Assembly: GCA_964016885.1 (NCBI GenBank)
Contig: OZ024743.1
Location: forward strand, 271,436,001-271,500,000
Reading direction: 5' to 3'
DNA from: Eledone cirrhosa
Lineage: Eukaryota
DNA: 64,000 bases
Position 1 is the first letter of the stretch. The number at the start of each line of letters is the position of its first letter. The position numbers were made by a program, and so were the translations under genes. The notes under the pieces are model-generated. The model saw nothing but the letters and a program-made list of their open reading frames with translations. It ran no database searches and was not told the DNA's origin. Below, in pieces: positions 47,101-62,100 of the stretch.

Positions 47101-50100
47101 TCTGATATATAAAGGACTGTATTAACACATGGCTGAGTGTGAGAGTGGTAAGTATTAGTTCTGATATATAAAGGACTGTATTAACCAATGGCTGAGTATG
47201 AGAGTGGTAAGTATTAGTCTTGATATACAAAGAACTGTATTAACCCATGGCTGAGTGTGAGAGTGGTAAGTATTAGTCTTGATATATAAAGGACTGTATT
47301 AACCCATGGCTGAGTGTGAGAGTGGTAAGTATTAGTCTTGATATATAAAGGACTGTATTAACCCATGGCTGAGTGTGAGAGTGGTAAGTATTAGTTCTGA
47401 TATATAAAGGACTGTATTAACCCATGGCTGAGTGTGAGAGTGGTAAGTATTAGTCTTGATATATAAAGGACTGTGTTAACACATGGCTGAGTGTGAGAGT
47501 GGTAAGTATTAGTCTTGATATATAAAGGACTGTATTAACCCATGGCTGGGTGTGAGAGCGGTAAGTATTAGTCTTGATATATAAAGGACTGTATTAACCC
47601 ATGGCTGAGTGTGAGAGTGGTAAGTATTAGTCTTGATATATAAAGGACTGTATTAACCCATGGCTGAGTGTGAAAGTGGTAATTATTAGTCTCGATATAT
47701 TAAGGACTGTATTAACCCATGGCTGAGTGTGAGAGTGGTAAGTATTAGTTCTGATATATAAAGGACTGTATTAACCCATGGCTGGGTGTGAGAGTGGTAA
47801 GTATTAGTTCTGATATATAAAGGACTGTATTAACCCATGGCTGGGTGTGAGAGTGGTAAGTATTAGTCTTGATATATAAAGGACTGTATTAACCCATGGA
47901 TGGGTGTGAGAGTGGTAAGTATTAGTTCTGATATATAAAGGACTGTATTAACCCATGTCTGAGTGTGAGAGTTGTAAGTATTAGTTATGATATATAAAGG
48001 ACTGTATTAACCCATGGCTGGGTGTGAGAGTGGTAAGTATTAGTATTGATATATAAAGGACTGTATTAACCCATGGCTGAGTGTGAGAGTGGTAAGTATT
48101 AGTCTTGATATATAAAGGACTGTATTAACCCATGGCTGAGTGTGAAAGTGGTAAGTATTAGTCTTGATATATAAAGGACTGTATTAACCCATGGCTGAGT
48201 GTGAGAGTGGTAAGTATTAGTTCTGATATATAAAGGACTGTAATAACCCATGGCTGAGTGTGAGAGTGGTAAGTATTAGTCTTGATATATAAAGGACTGT
48301 ATTAACCCATGGCTGAGTGTGAAAGTGGTAAGTATTAGTCTTGATATATAAAGGACTGTATTAACCCATGGCTGAGTGTGAGAGTGGTAAGTATTAGTTC
48401 TGATATATAAAGGACTGTATTAACCCATGGCTGAGTGTGAGAGTGGTAAGTATTAGTTCTGATATATAAAGGACTGTATTAACCCATGGCTGAGTGTGAG
48501 AGTGGTAAGTATTAGTTCTGATATATAAAGGACTGTATTAACCCATGGCTGAGTGTGAGAGTGGTAAGTATTAGTTCTGATATATAAGGGACTGTATTAA
48601 CCCATGGTTGAGTCTGAGAGTGGTAAGTATTAGTTCTGATATATAAGGGACTGTATTAACCCATGGCTGAGTGTGAGAGTGGTAAGTATTAGTTCTGATA
48701 TATAAAGGACTGTATTAACCCATGGCTGAGTGTGAGAGTGGTAAGTATTAGTCTTGATATATAAAGGACTGTATTAACCCATGGCTGGGTCTGAGAGTGG
48801 TAAGTATTAGTCTTGATATATAAAGGACTGTATTAACCCATGGCTGGGTGTGAGAGTGGTAATTATTAGTTCTGATATATAAAGGACTGTATTAACCCAT
48901 GGCTGAGTGTGAGAGTGGTAAATAATAGTCTTGATATATAAAGGACTGTATTAACCAATGGCTGGGTCTGAGAGTGGTAAGTATTAGTCTTGATATATAA
49001 AGGACTGTATTAACCAATGGCTGGGTGTGAGAGTGGTAAGTATTAGTCTTGATATATAAAGGACTGTATTAACCCAAGGCTGAGTGTGAGAGTGGTAAGT
49101 ATTAGTTCTGATATATAAAGGACTGTATTAACCCATGGATGAGTGTGAGAGTGGTAAGTATTAGTTCTGATACATAAAGGACTGTATTAACCCATGGTTG
49201 AGTGTGAGAGTGGTAAGTATTAGTCTTGATATATAAAGGACTGTATTAACCCATGGCTGAGTGTGAGAGTGGTAAGTATTAGTCTTGATATATAAAGGAC
49301 TGTATTAACCCATGGCTGAGTGTGAGAGTGGTAAGTATTAGTCTTGATATATAAAGGACTGTATTAACCAATGGCTGGGTGTGAGAGTGGTAAGTATTAG
49401 TTCTGATATATAAAGGACTGTATTAACCCATGGCTGGGTGTGAGAGTGGTAAGTATTAGTTCTGATATATAAAGGACTGTATTAACCCATGGCTGGGTCT
49501 GAGAGTGGTAAGTATTAGTCTTGATATATAAAGGACTGTATTAACCCATGGCTGAGTGTGAGAGTGGTAAGTATTAGTCTTGATATATAAAGGACTGTAT
49601 TAACCCATGGCTGAGTGTGAGAGTGGTAAGCATTGGTCTTGATATATAAAGGACTGTATTAACCCATGGCTGAGTGTTAAAGTGGTAAGTATTAGTCTTG
49701 ATATATAAAGGACTGTATTAACCCATGGCTGAGTGTGAGAGTGGTAAGTATTAGTTCTGATATATAAAGGACTGTATTAACCCTAGGCTGGGTGTGAGAG
49801 TGGTAAGTATTAGTTCTGATATATAAAGGACTTTATTAACCCATGGCTGGGTGTGAGAGTGGTAAGTATTAGTTATGATATATAAAGGACTGTATTAACC
49901 CATGGCTGGGTGTGAGAGTGGTAAGTATTAGTTCTGATATATAAAGGACTGTATTAACCCATGGCTGGGTGTGAGAGTGGTAAGTATTAGTCTTGATATA
50001 TAAAGGACTGTATTAACTCATGGCTGAGTGTGAGAGTGGTAAGTATTAGTCTTGATATATAAAGGACTGTATTAACCCATGGCTGGGTGTGAGGGTGGTA

Positions 50101-53100
50101 AGTATTAGTCTTGATATATAAAGGACTGTATTAACCAATGGCTGGGTGTGAGAGTGGGAAGTATTAGTTCTGATATATAAAGGACTGTATTAACCCATGG
50201 CTGAGTGTGAGAGTGGTAAGTATTAGTTCTGATATATAAAGGACTGTATTAACCCATGGCTGTGTGTGAGAGTGGTAAGTATTAGTCTTGATATAAAAAG
50301 GACTGTATTAACCCATGGCTGAGTGTGAGACTGGTAAGTATTAGTTCTGATATATAAAGGACTGTATTAACCCATGGATGAGTGTGAGAGTGGTAAGTAT
50401 TATTCTTGATATATAAAGGACTGTATTAACCCATGGCTGAGTGTGAGAGTGGTAAGTATTAGTTCTGATATATAAAGGACTGTATTAACCCATGGCTGAG
50501 TGTGAGAGTGGTAAGTATTATTTCTTTTATATAAAGGACTGTATTAACCCATGACTGGGTGTGAGAGTGGTAAGTATTAGTCTTGATATATAAAGGACCG
50601 TATTAACCCATGGCTGAGTGTGAGAGTGGTAAGTATTAGTCTTGATATATAAAGGACTGTATTAACCCATGGCTGAGTGTGAGAGTGGTAAGTATTAGTT
50701 CTGATATATAAAGGACTGTATTAACCAATGGCTGGGTGTGAGAGTGGTAAGTATTAGTTCTGATATATAAAGGACTGTATTAACCCATGGATGGGTGTGA
50801 GAGTGGTAAGTATTAGTCTTGATATATAAAGGACTGTATTAACCCATGGCTGGGTGTGAGAGCGGTAAGTATTAGTCTTGATATATAAAGGACTGTATTA
50901 ACCCATGGCTGAGTGTGAGAGTGGTAAGCATTAGTCTTGATATATAAAGGACTGTATTAACCCATGGCTGAGTGTGAAAGTGGTAATTATTAGTCTTGCT
51001 ATATAAAAGACTGTATTAACCCATGGCTGAGTGTGAGAGTGGTATGTATTAGTTCTGATATATAAAGGACTCTATTAACCCATGGCAGAGTGTGAGAGTG
51101 GTAAGTATTAGTTCTGATATATAAAGGACTGTATTAACCCATGGCTGGGTGTGAGAGTGGTAAGTATTAGTTCTGATATATAAAGGACTGTATTAACCCA
51201 TGGTTGAGTGTGAGAGTGGTAAGTATTAGTTCTGATATATAAAGGACTGTATTAACCCATGGCTGGGTGTGAGAGTGTTAACTATTAGTTCTGATATATA
51301 AAGGACTGTATTAACCCATGGCTGGGTGTGAGAGTGGTAAGTATTAGTTCTGATATATAAAGGACTGTATTAACCAATGGCTGGGTGTGAGAGTGGTAAG
51401 TATTAGTCTTGATATATAAAGGACTGTATTAACCCATGGCTGAGTGTGAGAGTGGTAACTATTAGTCTTGATATATAAAGGACTGTATTAACCCATAGCT
51501 GAGTGTGAGAGTGGTAAGTATTAGTTCTGATATATAAAGGACTGTATTAACCCATGGCTGAGTGTGAGAGTGTTAAGTATTAGTCTTGATATATAGAGGA
51601 CTGTATTAACCAATGGCTTGGGTGTGAGAGTGGTAAGTATTAGTTCTGATATATAAAGGACTGTATTAACCCATGGCTGAGTGTGAGTGTGGTAAGTATT
51701 AGTCTTGATATATAAAGGACTGTATTAACCCATGGTTGAGTGTGAGAGTGGTAAGTATTAGTTCTGATATATAAAGGACTGTATTAACCCACGGCTGAGT
51801 GTGAGAGTGGTAAGTATTAGTTCTGATATATAAAGGACTGTATTAACCCATGGCTGAGTGTGAGAGTGGTAAGTATTAGTTCTGATATATAAAGGACTGT
51901 ATTAACCCATGGCTGAGTGTGAGAGTGGTAAGTATTAGTTCTGATATATAAAGGACTGTATTAACCCACGAGTGTGAGAGTGGTAAGTATTAGTGCTGAT
52001 ATATAAAGGACTGTATTAACTCATGGCTGAGTGTGAGAGTGGTAAGTATTAGTTCTGATATATAAAGGAATGTATTAACCCATGGCTGAGTGTGAGAGTG
52101 GTAAGTATTGGTTCTGATATATAAAGGACTGTATTAACCCATGGCTGAGTGTGAGAGTGGTAAGTATTAGTTCTGATATATAAAGGACTGTATTAACCCA
52201 TGGCTGGGTGTGAGAGTGGTAAGTATTAGTCTTGATATATAAAGGACTGTATTAACCGATGGCTGAGTGTGAGAGTGGTAAGTATTATTCTTGATATATA
52301 AAGGAGTGTATTAACCAATGGCTGAGTGTGAGAGTGGTAAGTATTAGTCTTGATATATAAAGGACTGTATTAACACATGGCTGAGTGTGAGAGTGGTAAG
52401 TATTAGTCTTGATATATAAAGGACTGTATTAACCCATGGCTGAGTGTGAGAGTGGTAAGTATTAGTTCTGATATATAAAGGACTGTATTAACCAATGGCT
52501 GAGTGTGAGAGTGGTAAGTATTAGTTCTGATATATAAAGGACTGTATTAACCTATGGCTGAGTGTGAAAGTGGTAATTATTAGTCTTGATATATAAAGGA
52601 CTGTATTAACCCATGGCTGAGTGTGAGAGTGGTAAGTATTAGTTCTGATATATAAAGAACTGTATTAACCCATGCCAGAGTGTAAGAGTGGTAAGTATTA
52701 GTTCTGATATATAAAGGACTGTATTAACCCATGGCTAGGTGTGAGAGTGGTAAGTATTAGTTCTGATATATAAAGGACTGTATTAACCCATGGCTGGGTG
52801 TGAGAGTGGTAAGTATTAGTCTTGATATATAAAGGACTGTATTAACCCATGGCTGAGTGTGAGAGTGGTAAGTATTAGTTCTGATATATAAAGGACTGTA
52901 TTAACCAATGGCTGAGTGTGAGAGTGGTAAGTATTAGTCTTGATATATAAAGGACTGTATTAACCAATGACTTGGGTGTGAGAGTGGTAAGTATTAGTTC
53001 TCATATATAAAGGACTGTATTAACCCATGGCTGGGTGTGAGAGTGGTAAGTATTAGTCTTGATATATAAAGGACTGTATTAACCCATGGCTGAGTGTGAG

Positions 53101-56100
53101 AGTGGTAAGTATTAGTCTTGATATATAAAGGACTGTATTAACCCATGGCTGGGTGTGAGAGTGGTAAGTATTAGTCTTGATATATAAAGGACTGTATTAA
53201 CCCATGGCTGAGTGTAGGAGTGGGAAGTATTAGTCTTGATATATAAAGGATTGTATTAACCCATGGCTGGGTGTGAGAGTGCTAAGTATTATTCTTGATA
53301 TATAAAGGACTGTATTAACCCATGGCTGAGTGTGAGAGTGGTAAGTATTAGTTCTGATATATAAAGGACTGTATTAACCCATGGCTGAGTGTGAGAGTGG
53401 TAAGTATTAGTCTTGATATATAAAGGATTGTATTAACCCATGGCTGAGTGTGAGAGTGGTAAGTATTAGTTCTGATATATAAAGGACTGTATTAACCCAT
53501 GGCTGAGTGTGAGAGTGGTAAGTATTAGTTCTGATATTTAAAGGACTGTATTAACCCATGGCTGAGTGTGAGAGTGGTAAGTATTAGTTCTGATATATAA
53601 AGGACTGTATTAACCCATGGATGAGTGTGAGAGTGGTAAGTATTATTCTTGATATATAAAGGACTGTATTAACCCATGGCTGAGTGTGAGAGTGGTAAGT
53701 ATTAGTTCTGATATATAAAGGACTGTATTAACCCATGGCTGAGTGTGAGAGTGGTAAGTATTATTTTATTTTATATAAAGGACTGTATTAACCCATGGCT
53801 GGGTGTGAGAGTGGTAAGTATTAGTCTTGATATTTAAAGGACTGTATTAACCCATGGCTGAGTGTGAGAGTGGTAAGTATTTGTCTTGATATATAAAGGA
53901 CTGTATTGACCAATGGCTGAGTGTGAGAGTGGTAAGTATTAGTCTTGATATATAAAGGACCGTATTAACCCATGGCTGAGTGTGAGAGTGGTAAGTATTA
54001 GTCTTGATATATAAAGGACTGTATTAACCCATGGCTGAGTGTGAGAGTGGTAAGTATTAGTTCTGATATATAAAGGACTGTATTAACCAATGGCTGGGTG
54101 TGAGAGTGGTAAGTATTAGTTCTGATATATAAAGGACTGTATTAACCCATGGATGGGTGTGAGAGTGGTAAGTATTAGTCTTGATATATAAAGGACTGTA
54201 TTAACCCATGGCTGGGTGTGAGAGCGGTAAGTATTAGTCTTGATATATAAAGGACTGTATTAACCCATGGCTGAGTGTGAGAGTGGTAAGCATTAGTCTT
54301 GATATATAAAGGACTCTATTAACCCATGGCAGAGTGTGAGAGTGGTAAGTATTAGTTCTGATATATAAAGGACTGTATTAACCCATGGCTGGGTGTGAGA
54401 GTGGTAAGTATTAGTTCTGATATATAAAGGACTGTATTAAACCATGGTTGGGTGTGAGAGTGGTAAGTATTAGTTCTGATATATAAAGGACTGTATTAAC
54501 CCATGGCTGGGTGTGAGAGTGATAACTATTAGTTCTGATATATAAAGGACTGTATTAACCCATGGCTGGGTGTGAGAGTGGTAAGTATTAGTTCTGATAT
54601 ATAAAGGACTGTATTAACCCATGGCTGGGTGTGAGAGTGGTAAGTATTAGTCTTGATATATAAAGGACTGTATTAACCCATGGCTGAGTGTGAGAGTGGT
54701 AAGTATTAGTTCTGATATATAAAGGACTGTATTAACCCATGGCTGAGTGTGAGAGTGGTAAGTATTAGTTCTGATATATAAAGGACTGTATTAACCCATG
54801 GCTGAGTGTGAGAGTGGTAAGTATTAGTTCTGATATATAAAGGACTGTATTAACCCATGGCTGAGTGTGAGAGTGGTAAGTATTAGTCTTGATATTTAAA
54901 GGACTGTATTAACCCATGGCTGAGTGTGAGAGTGGTAAGTATTTGTCTTGATATATAAAGGACTGTATTGACCAATGGCTGAGTGTGAGAGTGGTAAGTA
55001 TTAGTCTTGATATATAAAGGACCGTATTAACCCATGGCTGAGTGTGAGAGTGGTAAGTATTAGTCTTGATATATAAAGGACTGTATTAACCCATGGCTGA
55101 GTGTGAGAGTGGTAAGTATTAGTTCTGATATATAAAGGACTGTATTAACCAATGGCTGGGTGTGAGAGTGGTAAGTATTAGTTCTGATATATAAAGGACT
55201 GTATTAACCCATGGATGGGTGTGAGAGTGGTAAGTATTAGTCTTGATATATAAAGGACTGTATTAACCCATGGCTGGGTGTGAGAGCGGTAAGTATTAGT
55301 CTTGATATATAAAGGACTGTATTAACCCATGGCTGAGTGTGAGAGTGGTAAGCATTAGTCTTGATATATAAAGGACTCTATTAACCCATGGCAGAGTGTG
55401 AGAGTGGTAAGTATTAGTTCTGATATATAAAGGACTGTATTAACCCATGGCTGAGTGTGAGAGTGGTAAGTATTAGTTCTGATATATAAAGGACTGTATT
55501 AACCCACGAGTGTGAGAGTGGTAAGTATTACTTCTGATATATAAAGGACTGTATTAACCCATGGCAGAGTGTAAGAGTGGTAAGTATTAGTTCTGATATA
55601 TAAAGGACTGTATTAACCCATGGCTAGGTGTGAGAGTGGTAAGTATTAGTTCTGATATATAAAGCACTGTATTAACCCATGGCTGGGTGTGAGAGTGGTA
55701 AGTATTAGTCTTGATATATAAAGGACTGTATTAACCCATGGCAGAGTGTGAGAGTGGTAAGTATTAGTTCTGATATATAAAGGACTGTATTAAACCATGG
55801 TTGGGTGTGAGAGTGGTAAGTATTAGTTCTGATATATAAAGGACTGTATTAACCCATGGCTGGGTGTGAGAGTGTTAACTATTAGTTCTGATATATAAAG
55901 GACTGTATTAACCCATGGCTGGGTGTGAGAGTGGTAAGTATTAGTTCTGATATATAAAGGACTGTATTAACCCATGGCTGGGTGTGAGAGTGGTAAGTAT
56001 TAGTCTTGATATATAAAGGACTGTATTAACCCATGGCTGAGTGTGAGAGTGGTAAGTATTAGTTCTGATATATAAAGGACTGTATTAACCCATGGCTGAG

Positions 56101-59100
56101 TGTGAGAGTGGTAAGTATTAGTTCTGATATATAAAGGACTGTATTAACCCATGGCTGAGTGTGAGAGTGGTAAGTATTAGTTCTGATATATAAAGGACTG
56201 TATTAACCCATGGCTGAGTGTGAGAGTGGTAAGTATTAGTTCTGATATATAAAGGACTGTATTAACCCACGAGTGTGAGAGTGGTAAGTATTACTTCTGA
56301 TATATAAAGGACTGTATTAACCCATGGCAGAGTGTAAGAGTGGTAAGTATTAGTTCTGATATATAAAGGACTGTATTAACCCATGGCTAGGTGTGAGAGT
56401 GGTAAGTATTAGTTCTGATATATAAAGCACTGTATTAACCCATGGCTGGGTGTGAGAGTGGTAAGTATTAGTCTTGATATATAAAGGACTGTATTAACCC
56501 ATGGCAGAGTGTGAGAGTGGTAAGTATTAGTCTTGATATATAAAGGACTGTATTAACCCATGGCTGGGTGTGAGAGTGGTAAGTATTAGTCTTGATATAT
56601 AAAGGACTGTATTAACCCATGGCTAGGTGTGAGAGTGGTAAGTATTAGTTCTGATATATAAAGGACTGTATTAACCCATGGCTGAGTGTGAGAGTGGTAA
56701 GTATTAGTTCTGATATATAAAGGACTGTATTAACCAATGGCTGGGTGTGAGAGTGGTAAGTATTAGTTCTGATATATAAAGGACTGTATTAACCCATGGA
56801 TGGGTGAGAGAGTGGTAAGTATTAGTCTTGATATATAAAGGACTGTATTAACCCATGGCTGGGTGTGAGAGCGGTAAGTATTAGTCTTGATATATAAAGG
56901 ACTGTATTAACCCATGGCTGACTGTGAGAGTGGTAAGCATTAGTCTTGATATATAAAGGACTGTATTAACCCATGGCTGAGTGTGAAAGTGGTAATTATT
57001 AGTCTTGCTATATAAAAGACTGTATTAACCCATGGCTGAGTGTGAGAGTGGTATGTATTAGTTCTGATATATAAAGGACTCTATTAACCCATGGCAGAGT
57101 GTGAGAGTGGTAAGTATTAGTTCTGATATATAAAGGACTGTATTAACCCATGGCTGGGTGTGAGAGTGGTAAGTATTAGTTCTGATATATAAAGGACTGT
57201 ATTAACCCATGGTTGGGTGTGAGAGAGGTAAGTATTAGTTCTGATATATAAAGGACTGTATTAACCCATGGCTGGGTGTGAGAGTGTTAACTATTAGTTC
57301 TGATATATAAAGGACTGTATTAACCCATGGCTGGGTGTGAGAGTGGTAAGTATTAGTTCTGATATATAAAGGACTGTATTAACCCATGGCTGGGTGTGAG
57401 AGTGGTAAGTATTAGTCTTGATATATAAAGGACTGTATTAACCCATGGCTGAGTGTGAGAGTGGTAAGTATTAGTCTTGATATATAAAGGACTGTATTAA
57501 CCCATGGCTGAGTGTGAGAGTGGTAAGTATTAGTTCTGATATATAAAGGACTGTATTAACCCATGGCTGGGTGTGAGAGTGGTAAGTATTAGTCTTGATA
57601 TATAAAGGACTGTATTAACCCATGGTTGAGTGTGAGAGTGGTATGTATTAGTTCTGATATATGAAGGACTGTATTAACCATCGGCTGAGTGTGAGAGTGG
57701 TAAGTATTAGTTCTGATATATAAAGGACTGTATTAACCCATGGCTGAGTGTGAGAGTGGTAAGTATTAGTTCTGATATATAAAGGACTGTATTAACTCAT
57801 GGCTGAGTGTGAGAGTGGTAAGTATTAGTTCTGATATATAAAGGACTGTATTAACCCATGGCTGAGTGTGAGAGTGGTAAGTATTGGTTCTGATATATAA
57901 AGGACTGTATTAACCCATGGCTGAGTGTGAGAGTGGTAAGTATTAGTTCTGATATATAAAGGACTGTATTAACCCATGGCTGGGTGTGAGAGTGGTAAGT
58001 ATTAGTCTTGATATATAAAGGACTGTATTAACCCATGGCTGAGTGTGAGAGTGGTAAGTATTAGTCTTGATATATAAAGGAGTGTATTAACCAATGGCTG
58101 AGTGTGAGAGTGGTAAGTATTAGTCTTGATGTATAAAGGACTGTATTAACACATGGCTGAGTGTGAGAGTGGTAAGTATTAGTCTTGATATATAAAGGAC
58201 TGTATTAACCCATGGCTGAGTGTGAGAGTGGTAAGTATTAGTTCTGATATATAAAGGACTGTATTAACCCATGGCTGGGTGTGAGAGTGGTAAGTATTAG
58301 TCTTGATATATAAAGCACTGTATTAACCCATGGCTGGGTGTGAGAGCGGTAAGTATTAGTCTTGATATATAAAGGACTGTATTAACCCATGGCTGAGTGT
58401 GAGAGTGGTAAGTATTAGTCTTGATATATAAAGGACTGTATTAACCCATGGCTGAGTGTGAAAGTGGTAATTATTAGTTTTGATATATAAAGGACTGTAT
58501 TAACCCATGGCTGAGTGTGAGAGTGGTAAGTATTAGTTCTGATATATAAAGGACTGTATTAACCCATGGCAGAGTGTGAGAGTGGTAAGTATTAGTTCTG
58601 ATATATAAAGGACTGTATTAACCCATGGCTAGGTGTGAGAGTGGTAAGTATTAGTTCTGATATATAAAGGACTTTATTAACCAATGGCTGGGTGTGAGAG
58701 TGGGAAGTATTAGTTCTGATATATAAAGGACTGTATTAACTCATGGCTGAGTGTGAGAGTGGTAAGTATTAGTTCTGATATATAAAGGACTGTATTAACC
58801 CATGGCTGAGTGTGAGAGTGGTAAGTATTAGTTCTGATATATAAAGGACTGTATTAACCCACGAGTGTGAGAGTGGTAAGTATTAGTTCTGATATATAAA
58901 GGACTGTATTAACTCATGGCTGAGTGTGAGAGTGGTAAGTATTAGTTCTGATATATAAAGGACTGTATTAACCCATGGCTGAGTGTGAGAGTGGTAAGTA
59001 TTGGTTCTGATATATAAAGGACTGTATTAACCCATGGCTGAGTGTGAGAGTGGTAAGTATTAGTTCTGATATATAAAGGACTGTATTAACCCATGGCAGA

Positions 59101-62100
59101 GTGTGAGAGTGGTAAGTATTAGTTCTGATATATAAAGGACTGTATTAACCCATGGCTAGGTGTGAGAGTGGTAAGTATTAGTTCTGATATATAAAGGACT
59201 TTATTAACCAATGGCTGGGTGTGAGAGTGGGAAGTATTAGTTCTGATATATAAAGGACTGTATTAACCCATGGCTGAGTGTGAGAGTGGTAAGTATTAGT
59301 TCTGATATATAAAGGACGGTATTAACCCATGGCTGAGTGTGAGAGTGGTAAGTATTAGTTCTGATATATAAAGGACTGTATTAACCAATGGCTGGGTGTG
59401 AGAGTGGTAAGTATTAGTTCTGATAAATAAAGGACTGTATTAACCCATGGCTGAGTGTAGGAGTGGTAAGTATTAGTCTTGATATATAAAGGACTGTATT
59501 AACCCATGGCTGAGTGTCAGAGTGGTAAGTATTAGTTCTGATATATAAAGGACTGTATTAACCCATGGATGAGTGTGAGAGTGGTAAGTATTATTCTTGA
59601 TATATAAAGGACTGTTTTATCCCATGGCTGAGTGTGAGAGTGGTAAGTATTAGTTCTGATATATAAAGGAGTGTATTAACCCATGGCTGAGTGTGAGAGT
59701 GGTAAGTATTAGTTCTGATATATAAAGGACTGTATTAAACCATGGTTGGGTGTGAGAGTGGTAAGTATTAGTTCTGATATATAAAGGACTGTATTAACCA
59801 ATGACTTGGGTGTGAGAGTGGTAAGTATTGGTTCTGATATATAAAGGACTGTATTAACCCATGGATGAGTGTGAGAGTGGTATGTATTAGTTCTGATATA
59901 TAAAGGACTCTATTAACCCATGGCAGAGTGTGAGAGTGGTAAGTATTAGTTCTGATATATAAAGGACTGTATTAACCCATGGCTGGGTGTGAGAGTGGTA
60001 AGTATTAGTTCTGATATATAAAGGACTGTATTAAACCATGGTTGGGTGTGAGAGTGGTAAGTATTAGTTCTGATATATAAAGGACTGTATTAACCCATGG
60101 CTGGGTGTGAGAGTGTTAACTATTAGTTCTGATATATAAAGGACTGTATTAACCCATGGCTGGGTGTGAGAGTGGTAAGTATTAGTTCTGATATATAAAG
60201 GACTGTACTAACCCATGGCTGGGTGTGAGAGTGGTAAGTATTAGTCTTGATATATAAAGGACTGTATTAACCCATGGCTGAGTGTGAGAGTGGTAAGTAT
60301 TAGTTCTGATATATAAAGGACTGTATTAACCCATGGCTGAGTGTGAGAGTGGTAAGTATTAGTTCTGATATATAAAGGACTGTATTAACCCATGGCTGAG
60401 TGTGAGAGTGGTAAGTATTAGTTCTGATATATAAAGGACTGTATTAACCCATGGCTGAGTGTGAGAGTGGTAAGTATTAGTTCTGATATATAAAGGACTG
60501 TATTAACCCACGAGTGTGAGAGTGGTAAGTATTAGTTCTGATATATAAAGGACTGTATTAACCCATGGCAGAGTGTAAGAGTGGTAAGTATTAGTTCTGA
60601 TATATAAAGGACTGTATTAACCCATGGCTAGGTGTGAGAGTGGTAAGTATTAGTTCTGATATATAAAGGACTGTATTAACCCATGGCTGGGTGTGAGAGT
60701 GGTAAGTATTAGTCTTGATATATAAAGGACTGTATTAACCCATGGCTGAGTGTGAGAGTGGTAAGTATTAGTCTTGATATATAAAGGACTGTATTAACCA
60801 ATGACTTGGGTGTGAGAGTGGTAAGTATTAGTTCTGATATATAAAGGACTGTATTAACCCATGGCTGGGTGTGAGAGTGGTAAGTATTAGTCTTGATATA
60901 TAAAGGACTGTATTAACCCATGGCAGAGTGTGAGAGTGGTAAGTATTAGTCTTGATATATAAAGGACTGTATTAACCAATGGCTGGGTGTGAGAGTGGTA
61001 AGTATTAGTCTTGATATATAAAGGACTGTATTAACCCATGGCTAGGTGTGAGAGTGGTAAGCATTAATTCTGATATATAAAGGACTGTATTAACCCATGG
61101 CTGAGTGTGAGAGTGGTAAGTATTAGTTCTGATATATAAAGGACTGTATTAACCAATGGCTGGGTGTGAGAGTGGTAAGTATTAGTTCTGATATATAAAG
61201 GACTGTATTAACCCATGGATGGGTGAGAGAGTGGTAAGTATTAGTCTTGATATATAAAGGACTGTATTAACCCATGGCTGGGTGTGAGAGCGGTAAGTAT
61301 TAGTCTTGATATATAAAGGACTGTATTAACCCATGGCTGACTGTGAGAGTGGTAAGCATTAGTCTTGATATATAAAGGACTGTATTAACCCATGGCTGAG
61401 TGTGAAAGTGGTAATTATTAGTCTTGCTATATAAAAGACTGTATTAACCCATGGCTGAGTGTGAGAGTGGTATGTATTAGTTCTGATATATAAAGGACTC
61501 TATTAACCCATGGCAGAGTGTGAGAGTGGTAAGTATTAGTTCTGATATATAAAGGACTGTATTAACCCATGGCTGGGTGTGAGAGTGGTAAGTATTAGTT
61601 CTGATATATAAAGGACTGTATTAACCCATGGTTGGGTGTGAGAGTGGTAAGTATTAGTTCTGATATATAAAGGACTGTATTAACCCATGGCTGGGTGTGA
61701 GAGTGTTAACTATTAGTTCTGATATATAAAGGACTGTATTAACCCATGGCTGGGTGTGAGAGTGGTAAGTATTAGTTCTGATATATAAAGGACTGTATTA
61801 ACCCATGGCTGGGTGTGAGAGTGGTAAGTATTAGTCTTGATATATAAAGGACTGTATTAACCCATGGCTGAGTGTGAGAGTGGTAAGTATTAGTCTTGAT
61901 ATATAAAGGACTGTATTAACCCATGGCTGAGTGTGAGAGTGGTAAGTATTAGTTCTGATATATAAAGGACTGTATTAACCCATGGCTGGGTGTGAGAGTG
62001 GTAAGTATTAGTCTTGATATATAAAGGACTGTATTAACCCATGGTTGAGTGTGAGAGTGGTATGTATTAGTTCTGATATATGAAGGACTGTATTAACCCA

